From positions 1 through 47,683 of the forward strand of contig JANMKN010000341.1 in assembly GCA_031372065.1 (NCBI GenBank): a DNA stretch of 47,683 nt, read 5' to 3'. Below, piece after piece: positions 41,107 through 47,683 of this stretch (its first letter is position 1; every line of letters begins with the position of its first letter). Under the pieces are notes generated by a model. The model was given only the letters and a program-made list of their open reading frames with translations, was not told where the DNA came from and made no database searches. Source of the DNA: Abditibacteriaceae bacterium (GTDB taxonomy: Bacteria > Armatimonadota > Abditibacteriia > Abditibacteriales > Abditibacteriaceae). The position numbers and the translations under genes are program-made.

Positions 41107-41180
41107 CGCGGGGTGGAGCAGCCCGGTAGCTCGCAAGGCTCATAACCTTGAGGTCGCAGGTTCGAATCCTGTCCCCGCAA
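41107..41180 (+). tRNA. Initiator tRNA-fMet (CAU)
   Basis: CGCGGGG/CCCCGCA acceptor with a C1:A72 mismatch, CAAGG-CTCATAA-CCTTG anticodon arm, GCAGG-TTCGAAT-CCTGT T-arm. CCA is not encoded. Confidence 0.96.
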
Positions 41181-41186
41181 TTTCAA

Positions 41187-41230
41187 AAGGCCCTTTTCCT
41201 TGCAACACAAGGAAAAGGGCCTTATATTTT
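41187..41230 (+). terminator. Terminator after the tRNAs
   Basis: 16-bp perfect stem aaggcccttttccttg / caaggaaaagggcctt followed by atatttt. Confidence 0.85.
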
Positions 41231-41333
41231 GCCGTCTCCCTTTGTCTTTCTTTGCTTCACAGACGTTTTTTGCGCGCTTTGCCCTTTTTATTCGACACTG
41301 AAGCGCGTTTTCATTTCTACAAAGAAAGTTGCT

Positions 41334-43232
41334 ATGCGATTTTCGATTTCCATTCCGTTGCGCCATCGCGCGCCGCTTTTGATTTTATTCGCGCTCGCGC
41401 TATTTTATTGGAGCCGCGTTTTGTTGACCGGACAGGTGCTTTTGCCCGGTGCCTTTTTGCGCGGTTTTGCTCCCTTTGGCGATGACCCAAGCGCGCCGTG
41501 GACAATTTTGCAATGGGATGCGCTCGGCCAATATTATCCGTGGCGCACTTTTGCCGCGCGCCAATTGCAAAGCGGAATTTTGCCTTTATGGAATCCGCAT
41601 CAATTTTGCGGCACGCCGTTTCTTGCCAACGGGCAAAGCGCGGTTTTTTATCCGCTCAATTTTGTGTTTTGGATTTTCGATCCGGCCTTTGCTTTTGGCG
41701 TTTCGGCCTTTTTGCACACGCTTTTGGCGGCGTTCGGCACTTATTTTTTGGCGCAAATCTATAAATTATCGCGCGCCGCCTCGCTTTTAAGCGCCATCGC
41801 TTTTGGGTTCTGCGGCTACTTGGCTGCGTGGATTTTGTTGCCGACTTTGGCGAATACAGCGGCGTGGCTGCCTGTTCTGTTGGCAGTGGTCAGTGGTCAG
41901 TGGTCAGAAGAACAAGCACAAAAAAAACTACTCACTGCCCACTGGCCCCTGTCCACTGGCCTCGCGTGCGCTCTGCTGGCTGGACATCCGCAAATCTTTT
42001 TCTTTTTGCTGCTGGCGCTGGCCTTGCAGGCGCTTTTTGCGCCGCAAAAAGGGCGCGCGATGGGGCAATTGATTTTGAGCAGCGCACTGGCGGGTTTGCT
42101 GGGCGCGATTCAACTCTTGCCGATGATCGAACTCGCAAAAGGCGGGCATCGCGCCGGAGTCTTGCCAAATGTGGATGGCTGGAACGGCATTGTCGAGCAC
42201 GCTTTATATTGGCCGGAATTGATTTCGTTGGCGTTGCCGGATAATTTTCTGCATGGGGGCACGCTGAACGAAAATTTCGGTTATGTTGGCGTTGGCGTTT
42301 GCCTTTTGGCCCTGTGCGCCTTGATTTTCAATAAGCAAATCCGAGACAAGTCTCCGTTTCTTTTCGCCGTCGCTTTAACGCTGCTTGGCTTGCTTTACGC
42401 GCTTGCCACGCCGCTGCCGCAGGTGCTTTATTGGACGGTGCCGGGTCTATCGCAAACGGCGGGTGTCGGACGCGCTTTGTTTATCAGTTCGCTCGGTTTG
42501 GCATTGCTGGCCGGTTTCGGTTTGGATGCGCTGCGCCGCAAAATTTCATCGCCGGTTGTGCCTATCGTCGCGCTTTTCACCGTCACTGCCGAACTGTTCG
42601 CCTTTAGTTGGAGTTTTCAGCCGACAGCGCCGCGCGAGGCGATTTATCCGGCCACAAAAGTGACGCGGTTTTTGCAGGCGAATTTAAAAACGGATGAGCG
42701 AATCTGGTTCATCACGCCGCGCGGTGCTTGGATGCCTGCCGAAAACTTGCAGCAAAATCAGATGAACCATCCGCCCGGCGTTTTGCCGCCCAACGGCGCG
42801 ATGGTTTATGGGCTTAACGACATTAACGGCTACGATTCTTTAGCGCCGCGCGCTTATCGGGAATGGCTGCAAAAATTTGGCGTCACGGTTTCGCCCGTTT
42901 ACAACGGCAACATGATTTTGCTGAACGATTTGCCCGCGCCGGCTTTGGATGCCTTAAATGTGCGCTACATCGTTTCCTTGCGCCCGCGCGATGAACGCGG
43001 CGAAACGCTGGTTTTCAACGAAGAAAATTGCTTTGTGTATGAGCGAAAAATCGCTGATGTGCCGCGTGTGGCGCCTTTTTATCCCGGCTGGCAAAACGGA
43101 AAATATCAGCCCGAAACCTTTCGCCTTGGCGCCTTTTTAACGCTGTGCGCGTTGGGGGTTTTATGCCTGCGAATGAATTCGCGGCCACAAAAACTGTCGG
43201 CCTACGCCGACAAAACCGTCAGCGAAGGCTGA
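41334..43232 (+). CDS. YfhO-like polytopic membrane protein (putative GT-C glycosyltransferase)
   Basis: D...QYYPW, LPLWNPHQFCGTPFLANGQSAVFYP, LLAGHPQ, AIQLLP..EL, INGYDS, LNVRY, FYPGW; many hydrophobic segments. Start moved to ATG 41334 because the longer ORF overlaps the tRNA. Confidence 0.8.
   Translation: MRFSISIPLRHRAPLLILFALALFYWSRVLLTGQVLLPGAFLRGFAPFGDDPSAPWTILQWDALGQYYPWRTFAARQLQSGILPLWNPHQFCGTPFLANGQSAVFYPLNFVFWIFDPAFAFGVSAFLHTLLAAFGTYFLAQIYKLSRAASLLSAIAFGFCGYLAAWILLPTLANTAAWLPVLLAVVSGQWSEEQAQKKLLTAHWPLSTGLACALLAGHPQIFFFLLLALALQALFAPQKGRAMGQLILSSALAGLLGAIQLLPMIELAKGGHRAGVLPNVDGWNGIVEHALYWPELISLALPDNFLHGGTLNENFGYVGVGVCLLALCALIFNKQIRDKSPFLFAVALTLLGLLYALATPLPQVLYWTVPGLSQTAGVGRALFISSLGLALLAGFGLDALRRKISSPVVPIVALFTVTAELFAFSWSFQPTAPREAIYPATKVTRFLQANLKTDERIWFITPRGAWMPAENLQQNQMNHPPGVLPPNGAMVYGLNDINGYDSLAPRAYREWLQKFGVTVSPVYNGNMILLNDLPAPALDALNVRYIVSLRPRDERGETLVFNEENCFVYERKIADVPRVAPFYPGWQNGKYQPETFRLGAFLTLCALGVLCLRMNSRPQKLSAYADKTVSEG
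41884..41958. repeat. Heptamer palindromic element (CAGTGGT)3 ... (CCACTG)n, in-frame within the CDS
   Basis: cagtggtcagtggtcagtggtcag ... ctactcactgcccactggcccctgtccactg, translated as VVSGQWS...LLTAHWPLST. Confidence 0.8.
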
Positions 43233-43266
43233 CGATTCTTATGGCTGCGAATTCATTCGCCGCTAC
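43165..43266. repeat. Composite REP-like element: two GCGAATGAATTCGC hairpins flanking two small hairpins
   Basis: gcctgcgaatgaattcgcggccac ... tgtcggcctacgccgaca ... cgtcagcgaaggctgacg ... ggctgcgaattcattcgccgctac, with GTAG/GTGG feet on the minus strand. Confidence 0.75.
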
Positions 43267-44321
43267 TTGTAAATTTCGCTCAACGCCGCCGCCATTTTTT
43301 CGTCGCGTAGCGCTTTGGCGCTGAAGTGAACGTGGCCGTTGGCTTTGCGTTCGCGGGCGATTTTGATTTGATTGACGATTTCATCTGGCGACCACGGCGT
43401 TTTGTCGAAAATGCGGCTGGTGTAAAGGCCGGGCCAAATGGGGATGGCCGGGTTTTGCTCTTGCCACCATGCCAATAATTTCGGGTAGCTTTGGCCCGCT
43501 GAATCAATTTTCCAATACAATTGTGGCGTAAAATAATCAACCCAGCCTTTTTGCAGCCACAGGCGCGCATCGGCGTAAAGTTCGGCGAATTGATCGAGGC
43601 CGACGATGCTCGGCGGGTTGCCCGGACGCCAAATGCCAAAAGGCGAAATGCCAAACTTGGCCGCCGGACGCGTGTCTTTGACTGTTTTCCACAACGCTTC
43701 GACAAAACGGTTCACGTTATCGCGCCGCCAATCGTCGCGCGCGAGTGGGCCTTGGTAAAGCGCCCAACTATCGTTGTCTGGAAAGGGCTGGCCCGCGACT
43801 TTATAAGGATAAAAATAATCGTCAATATGCAAGCCGTCCACTTCGTAATGCTGCAAAATTTCGCGCGCCACACTCAGCGTGTAATCATGCGTCAATTGAT
43901 GGCCGGGATCGAGCCATTGAAACGGGCCGTAATCTTTGACGATGTAAGGATGAATCAGGCTAATGTGGTTGGGCGCGGCGGGCGACAAACGCTTGGCAAA
44001 CCGCGCGCGAAACGGGTTCATCCAAACGTGCAAGTGCAAGCCGCGCGCGTGCGCTTCTTCAACGGCAAATTGCAGTGGGTCGTAGCCTGGATGAATGCCT
44101 TGCGTGCCAGTGATAAATTCCGACCACGGCTCAAAAGCCGAATCAAAAAACGCATCGCAACAAGGCCGCGCCTGAAAAACAACAGCGTTGATGCCAATGG
44201 CCGCGAATAAATCGAAATCGCTGCGCAAAGCCGCTTGCTGCTCCGCAACGGGCAAGCCGGGTTTAGTGGGCCAATCAATGTTATCAACGGTTGCGAGCCA
44301 GACAGCGCGAAATTCAGTCAT
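43263..44321 (-). CDS. Glycosyl hydrolase-like 10 (GHL10, YddW/DigH-like) protein
   Basis: EFRAVWLATVDNIDWP, YDPLQFAVEEAHARG, WMNPFR, DGLHIDDYFYPY, WRRDNVN, FGISPFGIWR, PQLYW. Confidence 0.9.
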   Translation of the reverse strand: MTEFRAVWLATVDNIDWPTKPGLPVAEQQAALRSDFDLFAAIGINAVVFQARPCCDAFFDSAFEPWSEFITGTQGIHPGYDPLQFAVEEAHARGLHLHVWMNPFRARFAKRLSPAAPNHISLIHPYIVKDYGPFQWLDPGHQLTHDYTLSVAREILQHYEVDGLHIDDYFYPYKVAGQPFPDNDSWALYQGPLARDDWRRDNVNRFVEALWKTVKDTRPAAKFGISPFGIWRPGNPPSIVGLDQFAELYADARLWLQKGWVDYFTPQLYWKIDSAGQSYPKLLAWWQEQNPAIPIWPGLYTSRIFDKTPWSPDEIVNQIKIARERKANGHVHFSAKALRDEKMAAALSEIYK

Positions 44322-44474
44322 GCATAGAATTTAACCACAGAGAACACAGAGGGCACAGAGGAGGATAAAAGAATGATATTATAGGTGACGCTTTAAAATT
44401 CCACTCTTTTTCTTTTCGCCGTTTCCCCTTTTCTCCTTTTCCTCTGTGTTCTCTATGGTTAAATTCTATGCATG
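44319..44474. repeat. 34-bp inverted repeat (AACCACAGAG family) spanning a whole divergent intergenic region, including both start codons
   Basis: 44319-44352 catgcatagaatttaaccacagagaacacagagg versus the reverse complement of 44441-44474, catgcatagaatttaaccatagagaacacagagg: 33/34 identical. Confidence 0.92.
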
Positions 44475-45485
44475 GCAAAAAAATATCGGTTGGGCGTGGC
44501 CTCTATGGTTCACGATCACGTTTGGGGCGAATTGCGGCATTGGGCAGCGCGCGAGGATGTAGAAATCGTCGCAGCCGGCGACATCAACGCCGATTTGCGC
44601 GAAAAGATTCAGCGTGAATACAACGTGCCGAAACTTTACGATTCGTGGCAGGAAATGCTGGCCAGCGAAGAACTCGACATTGTGCAGGCCGCCAGCGAAA
44701 ACAACGTCTGCGCCGACATCGTGGAAGCGTGCGCCGCCAAAAAGATTCACGTCATCAGCGAAAAGCCGATGGCCGCGACGCTGGAACAAGCCGAACGCAT
44801 GGTGAAAGCGGCAAGCGAAGCCGGAATCGTGTTGCTCATCAACTGGCCGACGGCGTGGAACGCGGCGATTCAGGAAATGGAAGCGCAAATTTTAGGCGGC
44901 GCCATCGGCAAGCTGTTTTATTTCAAGCAACGCAGCGCGCATAACGGCCCCAAGGAAATCGGTTGCGACCCGCATTTCTGGCAGTGGCTTTACGACGAAG
45001 AAAAAAACGGCGCGGGTGCTCTGATGGATTATTGCTGCTACTCGGCCAACATGAACGCGCGTTTTCAAGGTTTGCCGCAGCAAGTGACGGGTTTTCGCGG
45101 CGTCTTCGTTAAGGATTATCCGGTTCCCGACGACAACGCCATGATTCTGATGAAATATGCCAACGGTTTTGGCGTCGCCGAAGCCTGCTGGACGCAAACC
45201 GTCGGCTATGCGGCGCCAAACCCCATCGCCTATGGCACCGGCGGCAGTCTCGCGATTTCGGGCGACAAAGTGATTTTGCAAAAGCCCGGCAAAACCGAAG
45301 AAATCGCACCGCGCGAAATGCAATCGCCCCAGCGCAACGGGCCGGAATATCTGATTCATTGCATCGAAAATAATACGCAGCCCGAAGGCTTCTGCTCGAT
45401 GCAAGTCAGCCGCGACGCGCAGGAAATCTTAGAAGCCGGCAAACGCGCCGCCGACACAGGCCAAACGATGAACTTGCCGCTTTGA
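44472..45485 (+). CDS. Gfo/Idh/MocA family oxidoreductase
   Basis: YDSWQEML..EELD, HVISEKPMA, GAIG, NGAGALMDYCCY, DDNAMILMKY. Confidence 0.9.
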   Translation: MAKKYRLGVASMVHDHVWGELRHWAAREDVEIVAAGDINADLREKIQREYNVPKLYDSWQEMLASEELDIVQAASENNVCADIVEACAAKKIHVISEKPMAATLEQAERMVKAASEAGIVLLINWPTAWNAAIQEMEAQILGGAIGKLFYFKQRSAHNGPKEIGCDPHFWQWLYDEEKNGAGALMDYCCYSANMNARFQGLPQQVTGFRGVFVKDYPVPDDNAMILMKYANGFGVAEACWTQTVGYAAPNPIAYGTGGSLAISGDKVILQKPGKTEEIAPREMQSPQRNGPEYLIHCIENNTQPEGFCSMQVSRDAQEILEAGKRAADTGQTMNLPL

Positions 45486-45563
45486 TTTTTAACCACAGAG
45501 AACACAAAGGGCACGGAGAAAATGAAAAAACTCCGTGCCCTTTGTGTTCTCTGTGGTTAAAAA
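45486..45563. repeat. Perfect 33-bp inverted repeat (AACCACAGAG family), likely a bidirectional terminator
   Basis: tttttaaccacagagaacacaaagggcacggag (45486-45518) and ctccgtgccctttgtgttctctgtggttaaaaa (45531-45563), between convergent stop codons. Confidence 0.9.
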
Positions 45564-45564
45564 A

Positions 45565-46851
45565 TTACTTTTTCCAACTTTCCGGCAAATCTTTCTTCGT
45601 ATCGGCCAAGATTTCCAACAGGGCGCGGCGCGTTTCGGGCGAGAGGTTTTTGAAATCTTCGCTGGTGTTCTTGCCGGTTAAAACATCGAAAAGGCGCTGA
45701 TAAATTAACTCTTTGAGTTTTGGCTGCAAGGCGTCGAAGGCATCAGAATAAATCAAAAAACTGCACGGATATTTGAAAAGACGCGTTTGCAAATCGAAGT
45801 CGCGTAGCGAACGGCCTTGCGTGTCTTTCGGACCGCGCGCCGCAAATTCTTCGGCGAATTTCGAGGTGCCTTTTATCGGCGCTGTTAATGGCGCTTCTTC
45901 GCTGAAAAGCAGGTATTTTACAAACGAATCTACGATGCTTTCCATGTATTTCACTTCGCCGTAACGCATGGCGCGCACGCTGGCTTCATAGTGCATTCGT
46001 GCCAGAAAATTGTGCATATGCGCTTGATGATCAAGCACCATTTGCGCTACGATGTCGCTGTGCGGCGTCGGGTAGGGCGCCGTATTGAAATAGGTTTTTA
46101 AATCCGTTACGTTGCCGCCCAAATGCGGGTCTTTTTCATGGCGCGCGAACGATTTTGCGCCAAAAAGATTGCCCCTGTGCGCCATTTCGCCGTGCGTTCC
46201 CGTCACATACCAACCTCCGAAGCGCTCATCCAAAGGCATTCGATGCGTCACCATTTCGGGCACGCGACTGAAATCGGGAAAACCGGCGCCATCGGTGACA
46301 AACGAGCGCACTAAATGACCCGGCACACCCATGCTGCGCGCCGAAGCGTGACATTCAAGACATTGCGTCGAACGCGTCAAAGCGATGCCCATTTCTTTTT
46401 GCTCCAGCGTGTAAAAGACCGCGCCCAATTGCGGGTCGGCGACAGAAATTTCAAGCAGCGGCGCGCCGGGAATAAAACCAACATAAACATCGTCGTTAAA
46501 ATAAACCGCGCGCGGCGTTTGCGGCGAAATAAATTCGCGTTGCAACGAGGTTTTGGAAAAGACCAGCAACTGCGACGATGTTGAAATGTTCAACTGCTTG
46601 AGCAAGGACAGCAAATAACCATGCTGTGGCTCGTATTGTAGCTTGGTTTCGCCCTTTTCGAGGCGCGTTCGCAACGCCGCCACGACATCTTTTGGCGTGC
46701 TGGCGCTGTATTTCAGCGGCGCGTCATCGAAGGGCACCAAATACGAAGCGCCCTGAAAATCGGCGCGCAATTTTGTGGCGGCGAAAAAGAACAGAGACAC
46801 GCCACAAAAAGCGGTCAGAGCGCGCAAAAAAGAAACAGGAAAACGACGCAT
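45565..46851 (-). CDS. Secreted hypothetical protein with a single CxxCH (putative c-type heme) motif
   Basis: Signal-like N-terminus from MRRFPV, SQLLVFSKTSLQ, PRAVYFNDDVYVG, CLECH, RFGGWYVTG, GRSLRDFDL.TRLFKYPCS. Start moved to 46851 to avoid overlap with the GNAT gene. Confidence 0.72.
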   Translation of the reverse strand: MRRFPVSFLRALTAFCGVSLFFFAATKLRADFQGASYLVPFDDAPLKYSASTPKDVVAALRTRLEKGETKLQYEPQHGYLLSLLKQLNISTSSQLLVFSKTSLQREFISPQTPRAVYFNDDVYVGFIPGAPLLEISVADPQLGAVFYTLEQKEMGIALTRSTQCLECHASARSMGVPGHLVRSFVTDGAGFPDFSRVPEMVTHRMPLDERFGGWYVTGTHGEMAHRGNLFGAKSFARHEKDPHLGGNVTDLKTYFNTAPYPTPHSDIVAQMVLDHQAHMHNFLARMHYEASVRAMRYGEVKYMESIVDSFVKYLLFSEEAPLTAPIKGTSKFAEEFAARGPKDTQGRSLRDFDLQTRLFKYPCSFLIYSDAFDALQPKLKELIYQRLFDVLTGKNTSEDFKNLSPETRRALLEILADTKKDLPESWKK

Positions 46852-46915
46852 GGGATAATGAGAATCTACTGCAATGGCGTATGAAGTAAGAGTCCGTTCC
46901 GACTGAAAAGTTATT

Positions 46916-47404
46916 ATGGAAATTAAAATCCGACGGGTGCAAAAGGCCGATAGCGAAGTGGTTTGCCACATTTTGCAAGAGGCGGCGCAATGGCTCATTG
47001 AGCGCGGCGAAGCGATGTGGGCCGAGGACGAAATCAGCCCACACAGCATTGAAGCCGATGTTTTGGCGGGCGCTTATTTTCTGGCCGAATGTGAAGGAAT
47101 AGCGGCGGGCGTGCTGCGTTTTCAATGGGAAGACGCGCTTTTTTGGCCGGATAAACCGCTTGGCGAAGCGGCTTATGTGCATCGTTTCGCGGTTTGCCGC
47201 GCATTTGCAGGGCGCGGCGTTTCGACGGCTTTGTTAGAGCGCGCCGTGCAAGAAACGCGCTTGGCAAATCGCCGCTTTTTGCGGCTTGATTGCGAAGCAT
47301 CGCGCCCGAAATTGCGTGCTTTTTACGAAAACTTCGGTTTTCGCCATCACAGCGACAAGCAAGTCGGGCCGTATTTCGTGGCGCGTTATGAATTGGAAGT
47401 TTGA
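46916..47404 (+). CDS. GNAT-family N-acetyltransferase
   Basis: YVHRFAV..AFAGRGVSTALL (acetyl-CoA motif A), LRLDC, LRAFYENFGF. Confidence 0.92.
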   Translation: MEIKIRRVQKADSEVVCHILQEAAQWLIERGEAMWAEDEISPHSIEADVLAGAYFLAECEGIAAGVLRFQWEDALFWPDKPLGEAAYVHRFAVCRAFAGRGVSTALLERAVQETRLANRRFLRLDCEASRPKLRAFYENFGFRHHSDKQVGPYFVARYELEV

Positions 47405-47523
47405 AAGTTTCGCGCCTTCTTTTCGGCGACTAAATCCCACAGCAGGGCGAAGTGCAGATTCATAAGCGGGCGAGACGGCCACGCTCCACACCGGCAATTG
47501 ACTTGACAAGCGAACGGGCGAGC

Positions 47524-47683
47524 TACTACTGCCTCAAACGGCAGGATTTGATAGAGTGGGGTAAAGCCTCCTGAGTTTGATTCTGGCGTCTTGGTTTGTG
47601 AAGTGCCAGTTGATTTTGGCGGTGTTGGCATTTCGATTGTCCTGCCAGAGTTGGACGGCGTGTTGGACTTGTGGGCGAGTGAG
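47524..47683 (-). mobile_element. Right end of an IS630-family insertion sequence, truncated by the window edge
   Basis: The transposase C-terminus ends a few nt from a TA dinucleotide (47524-47525), the target type of IS630 elements. The exact boundary is uncertain by a few nt. Confidence 0.75.
47534..47683 (-). CDS. IS630-family transposase, C-terminal 49 aa (not in the ORF track)
   Basis: Own translation from 47683: LTRPQVQHAVQLWQDNRNANTAKINWHFTNQDARIKLRRLYPTLSNPAV*. W..RN..I.W.FT..AR.KL.RLYP is the characteristic C-terminus of an IS630 subgroup. Confidence 0.88.
   Translation of the reverse strand, partial: LTRPQVQHAVQLWQDNRNANTAKINWHFTNQDARIKLRRLYPTLSNPAV

Noticed and set aside
40992..41230. 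tRNA-anchored genomic island or prophage
   Set aside because: No integrase and no duplicated tRNA 3' end were seen in the window.
41148..41333. N-terminal extensions in the ORF track (also 11381, 12048, 27594, 35698, 40817, 47049)
   Set aside because: They run through tRNAs, terminators or adjacent genes, or lack an RBS. Downstream starts fit the family N-termini or the RBS better.
47386..47631. 81-aa minus-strand ORF from the track
   Set aside because: Wrong frame. The neighbouring frame encodes the IS630 transposase C-terminus.

Overview
Bacterial chromosomal window, mostly + strand. It probably comes from Armatimonadota/Abditibacteriota; this is inference from the four-domain S1, the RNA polymerase insertions and the giant secreted protein type, not from a search. 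Housekeeping genes: polA, rpsA, nth, a stand-alone rpoB-rpoC operon with its own sigma70-type promoter, tRNA-Ile(GAU) and initiator tRNA-fMet. Accessory genes: a 1940-aa secreted beta-propeller protein, several oxidoreductases, a run of carbohydrate-active enzymes (GH5-like, GH43, SGNH, CE15-like, esterase, sulfatase), a YfhO-like membrane protein, a GHL10/YddW-like hydrolase, a CxxCH protein and a GNAT. The last 150 nt carry the C-terminus of an IS630-family transposase that the ORF track misses. The most unusual element is an orphan CRISPR-like mini-array at 17286-17446, with three 30-nt repeats and two near-identical, promoter-like spacers. It sits between an orphan N4C/N6A DNA methyltransferase and a terminator plus an unknown coiled-coil ORF, and no cas gene is present in the window. 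Also notable are a 34-bp inverted repeat running exactly from start codon to start codon of two divergent genes (44319-44474), three intergenic tandem arrays with different sequences but the same 21-bp period, a long hairpin in the rpoB leader, and several families of palindromic REP-like elements, one inserted in-frame in a gene. All product calls come from motifs recognised by eye; no database searches were run.
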